DNA of 52,568 bases, filler included, from Sphacelaria rigidula (lineage: Eukaryota): the NCBI GenBank assembly GCA_964200075.2. It is 4 parts of 4 records of this genome, joined end to end, with 100 filler letters (N's around TTAATTAATTAA, not from the genome) between each part and the next. Parts side by side here need not be neighbours in the genome. Positions count along the whole stretch, not along the records: positions 13,169 to 26,235 come from CAXNAA020003181.1; positions 26,336 to 39,402 come from CAXNAA020003182.1; 2 more parts are not named here. One strand, written 5' to 3'. The translations under genes were made by a program, and so were the position numbers. Within the stretch, counting starts at the first letter, position 1; each line of letters begins with the position of its first letter. This document shows positions 23,001 to 34,315 of the stretch, piece by piece. The notes beneath the pieces were generated by a model, which worked only from the letters and a program-made list of their open reading frames with translations, ran no database searches and had not been told where the DNA came from.

Positions 23001-23541
23001 TGGAGTTCCCGCTCTTGGCACCGAGCACGAACGAGACTAGAGCGGTCGATCTAACTTCAAAGTACGAGCTCTCAGTGCGCCATCCCGAAAAACGCGCGCG
23101 TCGGCGCAGCGTGCCCTGCATTGTGGGCGCTACCCCGCCGAGCACGGTTTTGCCTCCCCCTCGAGCGGTTCTAGGCGGGGCAGCGGGGAAAGGGTTTTCG
23201 TGTGAATCGCCGGCATCTCCCTGTACTGGCTGTTGTTCGTCGCTGTTGCTGGCAGTCGAGCTGCTGCCGTCGTTTTCTCCAGCATCGGTGAGGCTACTCC
23301 TGTCAAGTGGCCCCGGGGTTTGTGGCGCGCTCGAATTGGCACCCCCTCGCGTGGAGCTGCCGCCGATCGAGCTGAGGCCGCTAGAGCACTTGGTGCGCTG
23401 GGTAGCATGAGAGGATGCTAATGAGATACCCGAACACGACTTGCTCATAGCGGTTGAGGACTGGGAATGCGCCAAAGTGTCCACCACCTTTTGAGAGCTC
23501 ACCCGCAACATGTCCATCGATATCGCGTCCAACTGCACCAT
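16388..23541 (-). CDS. PH-domain AGC-family Ser/Thr protein kinase (PKB/Akt/S6K/PKN-like), 4 exons: 23541-22693, 18950-18291, 17560-17351, 17029-16388; 786 aa
   Basis: All three introns are GT-AG, phase 0. Joined protein has a PH domain (GTLRRR..W..YF...FGVEF..LVLAAASAAEREKWISAL), GEGHFGKV, AVKE, HPFVVTL, YRDLK|PEN, DMG, TVCGTRAYLAPE, DYWQFG, G.SPF, RLG, HPFF..DW..L, NF.REYT and a C-terminal LLGFDF motif. Confidence 0.93.
17351..17560 (-). CDS. AGC kinase exon 3 (PEN...DMG...APE...DYW)
   Basis: AACAG|CCCGAAAAC acceptor; donor GCG|GTACGT; 210 bp. Confidence 0.93.
18291..18950 (-). CDS. AGC kinase exon 2 (subdomains I-VIb)
   Basis: CTGAC branch point plus GCAG acceptor; DFKPISVIGEGHFGKV...YRDLK; donor AAG|GTGTGT; 660 bp. 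Confidence 0.93.
19111..19208 (+). mobile_element. Degenerate family D MITE
   Basis: TCAA|CCCTAGAC...CTGTTGAATC...AGTATGCACGATCCA...TCCAAGCG|TTCA. Confidence 0.65.
19820..20340. repeat. About 180-bp degenerate tandem repeat in kinase intron 1
   Basis: TTAAACGGCACCACGCAAGTTTG at about 20091 and 20271; TCTCCGAAATTCATCTGTCACGCCGAC at about 19842 and 20171. Confidence 0.85.
20552..20758. mobile_element. Two abutting family D MITEs in opposite orientation (20552-20649 +, 20654-20758 -)
   Basis: First copy is nearly identical to 29185-29282; second is a diverged reverse-complement copy; they are separated by a single TTAG. Confidence 0.75.
22693..23541 (-). CDS. AGC kinase exon 1 (Ser-rich N-terminus plus PH domain)
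   Basis: ATG at 23541 preceded by an in-frame stop; donor AAG|GTGAGC; 849 bp. Confidence 0.85.
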
Positions 23542-24943
23542 CTAGTCTTCTTCTACTGTGGGTAATAAGACTACTGTAGGAGTCGGTTGTTCCTTAACGC
23601 TTGGTGTGCAGTAAAGAGCTGACTGGCCGGCGGGCTGGTGGGCTGGCTGGGTGACGGGAGAAAAGCGGAGAGAATATGATGGGGGAAAAAATATGAGACG
23701 AAAGACGCGGAGAAACGAGCATAGACTATTTTGCCATCAGCGTATGCGGAAAAAATGGGTTGCTTCAATCAGGGAATGCGGTCAGCTTAGCGAGAGCAGG
23801 GACGGCCTTCTGGGAACAGAAGGGGAGAACGACTGTTTTTCCCCCTGGTCACATGTACGGGTCTTTGTAAAGTATCCAACCGTGACGCAATCTTTGGGGA
23901 CTCTTGACCAGGTCGACTGGGAGAAACACATCGTTTTTCAACAGACCCTCTCAACACCCCAAGAAATGATGGCGTCAATGATTCATTTTTGTAATTTACC
24001 GTCGACCTAGAAAATACCCTTGCTGCGTACGAAAACGTATGCGCTTGTTGTGCTGTACTTTGTTGTTTCTTTTCTCATGGAGCTTCAGGGGTCCGACGTT
24101 ACGTACCGGTTGCTTTTGAGGAGTTGGCTGCGCATATATGTCCTACCTGAGATACGTCACCACACTCCTTCGAGGCTAAAGCATTAAACAGAGAACCGCA
24201 CCCGTCCGGCATCCAGGACACGTGACAAGGGGCTTTCAACCAAGCACCGGTGAGGTAACAGGTAACTCTCACACAGCACTTTGTTCATTAATATAAGGTA
24301 TATTTCTAGTATAAATCAACGATGAACGGGGCTCGAATGCCTTTTGTCGTTCGTGAGTCTGCCCCGAATATCGGTGGGAATTTGTACTTCATGCAAACTG
24401 ACAGCACAAGCGCTCGCACAAGCAAACCAAAATGCTACACACTGCTGATACTCACCGTGGAAGCACTAGCTACAACACAAGGTGCTGATGATAGCTCTAC
24501 GCTTACCTCCGCTGGACCGTTAGAGCTGGTGTTCATAGGCCAGGTGGTTGATCTGTGATGGTCTGACAGCTCCTACTGTTTGGAGTAGATACTACTAATG
24601 TTTGGCAGTGGTCATCTACCAAGAGAGACCTGCTGCGGCGGAACAGTCCGTGAACAGTCTAATGAGTGGGACCGATCTGGCGGTGTCCAGAACGGTGCTC
24701 GCGGTCCGTGAAATACCCGACGGTAAATTTGAACTGCCCGCTGCTATTTGCGACGGTTCCTGTTTGATGGAGAGGGAAATATTATTGTGTGAAGGAAGGG
24801 CATCGCGGCTTTTTGCGTCAACGAACTGTTTGTGGCAACGAAGTGGCCAACACAGAACAGAAGCGAGAATCTTGGACCTTCCTACTCGTACAGCCACCTC
24901 TCACTACTATATACTGTATATACTACTGTATCTAAAGGACAAG

Positions 24944-25175
24944 GTTTTCGTGAGATTGAGAGTAAATCGGTGATTGAGTGTGGGTTTAAAAATTCCTCTC
25001 CACTTGGCAAATTTTCAAATTTTCTATTCCTTGCTTTTTCGCCTGTATCACTGGCATGTGTCTAATGCTACACGTCAATATCCTACTCAGGGATGTCAAG
25101 GGCTTCACAGTGGCAAACTACGAGTACTCCAGGAACCATATCGGGCCGCGTGAAGGGATATTTCGGAACTGCAAT
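24944..25175 (+). repeat. Family B copy
   Basis: Collinear with 3881-4105. Confidence 0.8.
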
Positions 25176-25245
25176 TGTTAATTTACTATTTGAGCGTTTC
25201 AGTCTCAATCGCATATATTATGACTCATTTCATGTATCTTTCGGT

Positions 25246-25272
25246 TGTGTGTGTGTGTGTGTGTGTGTGTGT
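25246..25272. repeat. (GT)n microsatellite
   Basis: Read directly from the sequence. Confidence 0.9.
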
Positions 25273-25729
25273 TGTCGTCCCATTTATTCTGGGCGCCAGT
25301 CTACCCCTTTCGGGATATGTGGGCGCATCAGCCGGGGTCACACAGGAGGAAGGGCAACACAGGCGCTTTTTCTTCTTTTCTTGTAGAATAAAATTATGAA
25401 CGGACATTTTTCGTGACTCAAGTAGTTCAAAATGACAACTAACTGTAGAGTAGTAAGGACAGCAATATACTACTATGAATAGCATACGAGAAAATATTGC
25501 GATGGCGTTAACAATATCTGGATTCTCCTCCCGTCCCTAAATCGCGGTCCTGCAGGGACTGTTCACAGTATCCAGCAGATGATGCGACAATACCGTCATC
25601 ACTACATGGTTGTCACTTTGTTGTACATTCGGGCCACAGCAGCAGCAGCAGCAGACTACGAGATGACTGTACTTGTATCAATGCGATCACGCACTTATTC
25701 TAATTTTGAAAAATTGGATAATTGATGAG

Positions 25730-25940
25730 TCATCCTACGATCGAGGGCCGGGGGGGGGGGTATTTCGGGTCAGTTAGTTCTTGCACGAAATCCCAAGTCA
25801 AATCGCCGTCGAAAGCAGCAACAACGGTTATTCGAACGGGCTTGTTAGAGATAAAAAACGCGCATTCGTACTACTGCTTGATACCGTTTTCAACAAAATA
25901 CTCGTGCAAGGGCGAGGGCACTGCGAGTGTGGCAGGTGTT
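25730..25940 (+). mobile_element. Degenerate relative of the 2023-2322 MITE
   Basis: Starts ATCCTACGAT; AAAGCAGC..ACGGTT..GAACG..CTGCTTGA..CCGTTT aligns with 2075-2245. Confidence 0.6.
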
Positions 25941-26235
25941 TTTTCGTACAATCAAGCACCCTTCTTTGTTCTGTAGCTGCCGGTTGAAGTCATTCACAAC
26001 GGATCATCATTATTATATCATTATTTTGGGTTGAATTGGTTTCCATCATTTATTTGAGATGTGGGCGTCCGAAGAGTCAGGTGACGTAGGAACAACCAAT
26101 CGATGACGCTCCTGCTGACAGCTTGCAGCTGATGTCGAACGACTAAGGCAAGCAACAAATGTGTACGACACCAACCACCCCCCCCCCCCCCCCAAACAAA
26201 ACAAACAAAACAAAAACAGAAAAAAAGAAAAAAAA

Positions 26236-26335
26236 NNNNNNNNNNNNNNNNNNNNNNNNNNNNNNNNNNNNNNNNNNNNTTAATTAATTAANNNNNNNNN
26301 NNNNNNNNNNNNNNNNNNNNNNNNNNNNNNNNNNN
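26236..26335. other. Artificial scaffold gap/linker
   Basis: Same 100-bp N/TTAATTAATTAA cassette. Confidence 0.97.
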
Positions 26336-26451
26336 CAGTAGGCACACCCTGTGCTGTCACGAGACTGCCTTCTGCTGCCGTTGCAAAAGTATCAAACGCC
26401 TCGTACTCTAGCATTGTACGTCAATGCACGTACGTCACCTAAAAAAAACGC

Positions 26452-26518
26452 GGGGAATCACGATCTCGGAACGATTCGAAAAAATCGAGGGAAACCGTTC
26501 CGAGATCGTGACTCCCCG
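26452..26518. repeat. 22-bp inverted repeat hairpin
   Basis: GGGGAATCACGATCTCGGAACG / CGTTCCGAGATCGTGACTCCCC, one mismatch. Confidence 0.8.
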
Positions 26519-27211
26519 ATTTTTCCGCCCCCTATTTGATCCAAATCCGTGTCCACGAAATGCGTTCCCCAATTCCCTCCCCCCCCCCCCCCCCCCGGTG
26601 CTCGAAAAAATTCGAGATTCGTGCCTGCCAAAAAAGTGGGTCTGAAGCGACCAAGAAATACGGAGCAAAACGGCGTTATTTTCAAAGGATTGTCTTGTTT
26701 TGATTGCCAGAAGAAGTGGCCTAAAAGGGCTTAGTTGAAGAAGCTCACCGCGATGAAAGCCTCGACACAAGAGCGACCTCAAAAAAATAAGTATCGCCAA
26801 GTTTACAAGAGCGCCGCACCCTCATAGAGGGGGCGGGCAGACAGCGATATCCTTCTCGCCCAAGCCGTCACTGTTACCCAGCTGCTTCGGGTCTGCCGTG
26901 CGAAAAATAGAAAAGAAAAAAAACGGGAAGGGAAAAAGGGGCGGGGTGGCAGGAAGGGTGAATTACTTTCCTACAGAGGGGTTTCGATTATTTTTGTGTT
27001 TGGGTACTTTTTTTTCACGAGAAAAATGAAAAAAACCACACGTCAGACAAATACACCACGATCTGTCTGGAATAACTGATAAAAAAATGAATCTTGGATG
27101 GATCTGTTGTCTCAAGAACATGAAATATGTTACCGTGGAGTCGGAGAAGCCCAAAGCGCATCCTTTCAACGGACGGACAAACCACCCATGATTCCAGTCA
27201 CCAATATCTAA

Positions 27212-27470
27212 TATATCTGAGGCTTATTTGCTCGGAAAAAGAAAAAAAATGTTGACCGCGGGTCATAAACGTCTTTGCGCAATTCTTGCGCTACTCCACG
27301 CGCCTGGGGTGCGTGCGCGCGCTTGGGGTGCCATGCTGAAAACAAGCCAAAGGATTGATTCGTACGGTACGAATCGATCACATGAAAAAAAACAATAGTG
27401 TTCCCCACTCGGTCGATTAGAACCTTCCCAGAATTGTTTTACTCGATTTGAGTGTGAACACCGATATTCG
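27212..27470 (+). repeat. Family E copy
   Basis: Aligns with 38305-38575 and 29495-29760. Confidence 0.75.
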
Positions 27471-27618
27471 GATTTTGAGCGGGGCTGACAGTCCCAACTG
27501 CCCCTCGCGTGCGCAGAACGCGTTGTGGTCGGCGGCGCCGTTTCGAGGTTTGCCAACGCCACACGTTGCCTAGGGAACGCTTCACAACCCGTTCGCCCGA
27601 GGGTTCTCGTTATGCCTC

Positions 27619-27643
27619 GGGTTGGGGTTAGGGTTAGGGTTAG
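27619..27643 (+). repeat. Short interstitial (TTAGGG)n tract
   Basis: GGGTTGGGGTTAGGGTTAGGGTTAG. Confidence 0.7.
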
Positions 27644-28135
27644 CGTCATTTCAAAAAAGATATTTCCCAAAAAATTCTTCATCGACCACACCTAGAAAAA
27701 AAATCAGACGAAAGATCATTCTTCCGACCGTTGCAGATATTTGCGCTGCTCGGCGTGCTCGGCGTGCTCGGCGTCCGGCGCTGCAGGGAGCAAACATGGA
27801 AAAGGGAGATCAAATGATCCGGATCATGATTCGGATGAGTATACCGTACTGATTTCATTGATTCGTTCATGGATTGTCGCACTTTAAACTGACCCCCCAG
27901 GGATCCAGCCGTGGTCAACTGATAGACGTACCCGAAAAAAAAAAAAAAACTGATAGCACTCGCTGAAAAAAAAGGAGGGACAGAAAAAGTCAACCAGAAC
28001 GACACATTAATACTAGACCAAGATGTGGAGGGAAAAAAAAAGGGAGAGGAAAAGAATAGAAAGTCATCGAAGGCATACTGAGAGGAAGTGATTTTCAGAG
28101 AGATCATGATGTGAAAAAATTGAACACAAACAGCC

Positions 28136-28612
28136 GCCGCACCACGGTGTTCTAAATCTCAAAAATCCGCCCGTCACCACTCGGGTGGAAAGAACGAGGG
28201 TTCGATACCCGATGCGTTAGGTGTTTTTTTCTCCCAAGTATCTGAAAAAATACACCATACCACACTCGTGTGATATTTTTTTTAATCCCGAATGCTATAT
28301 ATTTATTCTTCTCAAAACGCATGGATTAGAGTGACCGGAGATATCACACCCCATACACAAGATCACACCCATGTGATACATTTTTCACGGCCGAAATGTT
28401 ATCACACGTGTGTGATATCTTATGCAACCTACGGTATTCAAAAAGTAGTTGGCTTGAGTTTGTTTGATGACGAGCGGTGACCCGGTGCGGAGGTGATGAC
28501 CCAGTTTCCGCGAGACATACATGCAAGGCGTGTAGCAGGGGAGAGATGGGTTGATCCCTTCCGACAGACAACGGATTCAGCCGGAGAAGGGAGAGGGGTT
28601 AAACGCGTGAGG
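28136..28612 (+). mobile_element. tRNA-derived SINE copy 2, with an internal insertion at about 28245-28430
   Basis: GCCGCACCACGGTG head, B box GGTTCGATACCC at 28199-28210, body 28470-28612 aligns with 32175-32310. Confidence 0.65.
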
Positions 28613-29093
28613 CCGCTCCTTTTATCAGACAAGAATAAAACATCTGGCAAAGTGCCTTTTTGGAGCTTTTACCTCGTTTCACACCCCAAAAGAGAGCTAG
28701 GCGCAGGTTGACACCTTGGAATGATTTGCTCTCCTATTTGAGGCGGTTCCGGGACATCTTTCCATTTTCCGGTGGCCGCACTTCTTATTTTGGCCGAACA
28801 AGAATTTTGTCCAAGAACGGTAAAAAAACAGTCAAATCCAGAGAAAAGTGGTTTCTAGATGTGACTATTTTTTACCGTTTTTGGACAAAAATCCTTGTTT
28901 GATCAAAATAAGAAGTGCGGCCATCGGAGAACGGAAAGATGTCCTGGAACCGCCACAACTAGCAGAGCAAGTCATTCCAAGGTGTCAAACTACGCCTAGC
29001 CCTCTTTTGGGGCGTGAAACGACGCAAAAGTTCCAAAAAGGTACTTTTTCATATATATATATATATATATTGGTCCCTTATAAGGAGCGGTCT
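28610..29093. mobile_element. About 480-bp foldback/MITE with a (TA)n expansion in the right arm
   Basis: 28649-29047 is a near-continuous inverted repeat (arms about 195 bp, tiny loop); outer ends AGGCCGCTCCTT / AAGGAGCGGTCT; a second copy's end is at 13169-13238. Confidence 0.85.
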
Positions 29094-29184
29094 ATGAAGA
29101 GAAAACAGAGGTCGAAGATTTTTCTGGCTTTTCGAATCCAACCCTTTCGGCGATATTTCAAATACAACAATATACAGCGATTAA

Positions 29185-29282
29185 CCCTTGGACCGCGAGG
29201 CTAGTCTTCTGTTGAATCGGCATCAATTTTAAGTGAAATAAAGTTCGCATGATCCAGAAAGACATATCTCGCGGTCCAAGGG
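29185..29282 (+). mobile_element. About 100-bp piggyBac-type MITE (family D)
   Basis: TTAA|CCCTTGGACCGCGAG ... CTCGCGGTCCAAGGG|TCAA: CCCT termini and a TTAA-like target duplication. Confidence 0.85.
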
Positions 29283-29494
29283 TCAACCCTTGTAGCGCGC
29301 ATTTGTGCAGATGCCCCTTTGTCGGCCTGGCACACCTCAGGGGGTCCGAAATACTTGTGTTGATGAAAGAGAGACACGCCTACTTAGAAACAGGGTGGTC
29401 CGGGCCAGCCGGGCCGTTACCACCCCACCTCTCTGTCCGTGTCGAAGTTAGCACGGCTAGGGCGAATCATCACGACCACGAGTCACCAAATCCA

Positions 29495-29760
29495 CGATTT
29501 CTTCGGCCTGATTGCCCAAAAGGGAGAAAAAAGTTGACCGCTGGTGCAACGGGTATCCACGCAACTTTTGCGCCATTTCACGTGTCTGGGCTACGTGTGC
29601 CTGGGTTGCAACGCTGAAAGAAAAAAGCCTAGGAATTGATTCGTACGATTCGAATCAATTACACTAAAACCAAGTAATTTCCAGACGAATCATTGACTTG
29701 TCCGACCCTTGGAAGTTAGTGTAGTACAACAGAGAGTACAGAGAGCACAAACAGCACGAT
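29495..29760 (+). repeat. Dispersed repeat family E (other copies 27212-27470 +, 38305-38575 +, 12966-13068 -)
   Basis: Shared AAAAAGTTGACCGC...GCAACGCTGAAA...GATTCGTACG.T.CGAATC.AT.AC. Confidence 0.8.
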
Positions 29761-29967
29761 TAACACCCGAGCAATTATGTCGATTGCGGTGGGGTCGGAG
29801 ACTACCTTGCGCGATGGCCGTGGCACGACCGCAGGTTGTATGTATGACTCGTACAAAGGTTCTACAAGCCCTAGTCGGTACATGTACCGGCGCGCCGCAG
29901 TGACAGTCTTGGCAGCAGACAAACACACGGCGACCCTAAACTCCAATCTGCGTGGTCAACCATGAAC

Positions 29968-30228
29968 GAGCAACGCTACGCTAGAGGCGCATTTCTTCAC
30001 TTGTTTTGGAAAGTCTTGTCTGGTTCAGGAGCTCCTACTGGTTCTACATACACAAAAATATGGGTCAGGGCTTCCCCGTTTGCATCTTCATTCAGGGATA
30101 TCCTTCTAACATTGGAATAGTACCCCTGGCGTACTCTCACATATTTTACAAGTGGTGTTTTGGATGAGACAAAGGGCTCCTAACAATTTTGACCTCAGAA
30201 AATATTTGTGCACCCCTACCGTAGCATC
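29968..30228 (-). mobile_element. MITE family A copy, inverted
   Basis: Reverse complement aligns with 38903-39167; ends CCCCTACCGTAGCATC. Confidence 0.85.
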
Positions 30229-30844
30229 GGACGAACGTAGGCCGCTTCACTCGCGCCTGACATGCTTGAAAAAAAAAAGCTTCCACTCACGTCTGATTTA
30301 GCGTCCAGAGGGCATGAAAGGGGGCATGACGCACCGTTCGCGGAGGTAAGTGTTGGGTGAGGTTTCCTCCTTCCTTCAGAGAGGGAAAACAAAAATGTCA
30401 TACTTCAAAATTCCACGGGACTGGCAGCACGTGCAATCCGAACAGACAACCTCGGGCACCTTCAAAGGTTGACAAGTTCGTCGTCTCACAGGGATCCAAC
30501 CCAAAAATGATAACGTACCAAATATCACGCATTCAGGTGTTGTATGTATATCTCTCCGCTGGGTACTTTCGAACATTGGATGGTGAACCATTCCACATAC
30601 ATTCCTCCGACGTTCATTACATTTTTTGTTTTTCGTCTGTACTCTAATAAACGTTCTCGATCAAATCATCGCTGCTGCTTCGCTAAGGCGTTACATAGTC
30701 GGTACGACAGAATCCCGGTCTCCAGTGCCTGTGTTACGGGATGAGATTCCTTTTCTCGTGACAACGGGATTCTTCATGAGTACGGGACGGGAACGGGCGG
30801 GACCGGACAGGGCTCCTTTGTCCCGTAAAAAACAGCAGGGGTTA

Positions 30845-31164
30845 CAGTCATGAGTTCCGCGTACCCCTGTGCCGAGGCCTTGCAGTCCAAAGTTAATTTG
30901 TATGTCCTCGACGGGGACCAAGAAGCTGAGTATAGGTGGCTCACCTCTGTAGCGGAGAACTGCCCGTAACGGGTGCGGGAGTACGCAACGGCAGCCGCTA
31001 CGGCAGTCGGACAGGCATGCGCCCAAACACCGATTGCCTTCACGCCCACCTCTCCGCTACGAACATGAGCAACCTATACCCAGCTTCCTGGTCGCCGTCA
31101 AGAACATACGAATTGTCTGCAGACTGAAAGGCCTCGGCACAGGGATGCGCGGAACTCAAGACTA
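30845..31164. mobile_element. MITE with long (about 115 bp) terminal inverted repeats
   Basis: CAGTCATGAGTTCCGCGTACCCCTGTGCCGAGGCC... versus ...GGCCTCGGCACAGGGATGCGCGGAACTCAAGACTA; central spacer about 90 bp. Confidence 0.85.
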
Positions 31165-32009
31165 CAGCTCCTCCTCTCATTCCACGGCCCAGCTGGGTTT
31201 AGTGGCCTCGTGAAAATGGCTACATACGTGACACGTACGCTTTTTGCCGTTTCCCCCCCAGAATAATGAGTTCGTGTAATTACTATATTTTACAGTAGGC
31301 TGGCGACCCCCAAAAAACATGCGGGGAAGCACAGAAGCGCTATACTGAGTGCAAATGAATGAGCAAAAAAACGGGAAAGTGATCCTCGATCATCCGGGCT
31401 TTAAATACTTTCGAAGGTGTTGTTTGGGCCAGGGACAGGGAGGGCCCACACACAATCTTGGCAGTGAAATCATATTCGGTGACAATCCCCCCGCACCTGG
31501 TCGTTCGGGTCTGGTCGATAAATTTCGCCTCGCCGTGATTGGGCAGGTCGCTTCCTGCGATTTTATTACTATCTAAGGAACACAGACAGTCAACCCTATG
31601 TTACAGAGGGAGTCGGTCCCAAAAGGGTTGAATATCCGGATTCCAGTGTCCAGACTAAAACCGAGTCGGAAAGTCTAAAACCTACAAAGTGGTGAACTCT
31701 ACTGCCCCGCGAATATACGAGAGGCTCTGTATGCTGTACCGTAGGTGCCATTCGTGTGGTGCCCCAACGCAGCGACTCAAGTTCCGCACAAGCGGCCGGC
31801 GAAAACAGGCACACGCGAATTGAATCGGGAAAATAAGAAGGCAGACAGACATGACACCTCATCGCTTCCTTCCGTCATCCTCCGCCGCCTTCTCGGCAAA
31901 CCTCACCAACTCTACCGAAATCAGAGGCTGTGTGCACGGCGCTGAGTTCAATCAAGCTCTACACATCCCTTGCGCGCGACTGAACATAACTGGGTTACAC
32001 TTGAGCCTG

Positions 32010-32326
32010 CCGCGCCCCGGTGGTGTAATGGTTAATGGTCCGACTGTCGCCATCACGGTGGAGAGAACGGTGGTTCGATTCCCGATGAGTTGGGTTTTTT
32101 CTTCGGAATGTATGATTTCCACGGTGGAAAGCGTGAGAACGTGAGTAAACGAAGTAGTCAACTGGTTTGTGTGGAATGAGTTGACGCGATGCGGGAGTGC
32201 TGACCCAATCCGCGAGACCAGCATGAAATGCGCGTACCGGGGGAGAGATGGGTTGATCCCTCGAGACCACGGACTCATCCCGAGCAAGGGGAGAGGTTCA
32301 GAGTGTGAGGGAAAAAACAAACAAAC
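32010..32326 (+). mobile_element. tRNA-derived SINE, apparently full length
   Basis: A box TGGTGTAATGG (32021-32031), B box GGTTCGATTCCC (32072-32083), body shared with two other copies (GGGGAGAGATGGGTTGATCCCT), tail GAAAAAACAAACAAAC. Confidence 0.75.
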
Positions 32327-34315
32327 GGCACAGCAGCACGCAGCTGCACACTTTTGCCAGTACTGAAGTCCCATCCTTTGTCTACATTTCCGACAACGGA
32401 AGGAGCTGGAAACCCTTTACTTCTTCAGAGAAGAAACGAGAGGACATGACATATGTGGGATATCAGCTGTACAGAAAACCAGACCTTTACAGCTGTAGTA
32501 GACGAGGGAGGGGGGGCGACAGAAAGACGTTTACACCCGCCTCCCATCCCTCGCGGTATGACCTCCCCCTCTCCCCCCGTTCCCGATCCGTCTCCACCTT
32601 GAACTCCTGCGAGACGTCAGTCTCTGCATCTGAAGGTCTCCAACATATGCACCAGGTTCTACTACACCTGACCGCCCTTTCTTCAAGGCGTGACGTGCGG
32701 GTTACTCCCTACCCTCTGCGTGAGAGGACCTGAAAAGTCCGGGTGTCCGTATCTGAACGCCACGGCCAGTGCGGATACGGATCCGACCAAAACAGTCTGC
32801 AGTACAAACAGCATTGGGACCTTCAACTCCCATGCCTCTCCCTTTAGCCGCAACACAAACGCTTTGCGTTCAGAACAAGAATGTGATGCAAAGCACGCCT
32901 TGATCAAACGCAGCGGAGAAATCACCGACCAAGCGGCCTAACGCCTGCACACGTATACTGTGTCACCTGCTCTTTGGAAAGGAATCCGGTGTTCTTTCTC
33001 CCCTGCTGTATTGTGGGCAACCCCAACCTCTTCATCTGGTTATACGACACCAAACACCTTGAAGGAGTTTAAAATCTACCGTACTGTACGGGGTACAACG
33101 ACCCCCTTAGATGAGGACCCTAGGCGAAACCAACCAACCGACCGTAGGGTAAATATTTCCGTACTGGGCTCTCTCTCTGGCAACAAGTTTCGGTGTCGAC
33201 GCTAAGTGATGCTGGCACGTTCTAAATAGTGTCAGCGGCGATTGTCATCGTAGCTTTGGGGGAAGGTATAGAATGCAGTTCCTTGGAAGGCAAAGGACAA
33301 TAAACAAATGAAAACTTCCGCGGTCTGCAATTTCTACGGACTGTTGTACTACAGCAGTGGTACAATGTATCTAATGCAATCTTGTGCTGGTCGTCAGCTG
33401 TAATATGATGAGATTGTTGTACTGTAATGGTCAGTTGCATTATGATACGGTTGCTGCACAAGTTTAGACGACAGTGTAGCTGTCCGTACTCGTACTGGCT
33501 GTTCTTGAAGATCGTGGTGGTCTCTGCCTTCTTGTGTTCTGAAAGTGCGGTACGCTTGATACCAAAATGAGTATGCATGTTCAGAATATACATCAAAACT
33601 GACGCTCTCCTACCCAGTACCAACGCGGGAGTAATGTGTGATCTGTGAGAGGGATAGCGTTGAGACATGGTTGGGTTATGCCAAGATAAGCACAACATCA
33701 TCGAGTTCCAGAACACGTTGTTTAGTGATGACGGCCTGAGATGACCAAGTGAGAGATAGAGGTGAAAAAAACACGGAATAGACATATCTCGCGGAGCAAG
33801 CACCTCTAGTACAACAGCCGGCGACAGCAGACAGAGTAGCAGCGGCACGACAGCACGTCAAAACCACCCGACTGTGTAAAGCTGTACCAATTGCCCCCGA
33901 GAGCAGCTGGGAGAGACCGTAGTTTCGAACCTAGTTATTTTCGTTCTTCATCAGTGTTGGACGAAGCTGCGCCAAGAAGAAGAGAACCTTGAACAGGCAC
34001 TCAAAAAGAAGCAGTGTGTCTAGTTCGGGACGGGGGCGGCTGGCATACAGTATCCAGGTAGAGTATACTTTCACTTTCGTCTGCACTGAGGCAGCAGCCA
34101 ACGTCTTCTGGTGTTCATATTTTCAAATTCTACTCTGGAGGCACGACTAAATAAAAGACATCGCCCCGCAGCACACACAAAGATAGAGGCACGCAGCCAC
34201 AGAGAGAACACAACATAGCGAAAATTCTGGTACAGCCCGTGACTCTGATACAACTCATGTCTCTACGCTATCTTCGCTCGTGAGCTTCGTTCGACCTGCT
34301 GCTACAATGCTCCAC

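Noticed and set aside
16428..23410. Plus-strand ORFs 16428-17027, 17461-17814, 18087-18587 and 22934-23410
   Set aside because: Antisense shadows of the GC-rich kinase exons
27619..27643. True telomere
   Set aside because: Only about 4 units and internal to a contig
32014..32090. Functional tRNA gene
   Set aside because: A and B boxes are present but there is no acceptor stem or clean anticodon arm, and it continues into a repeated SINE body
33222..33848. 208-aa minus-strand ORF
   Set aside because: No domain signal and no consistent splice structure could be built
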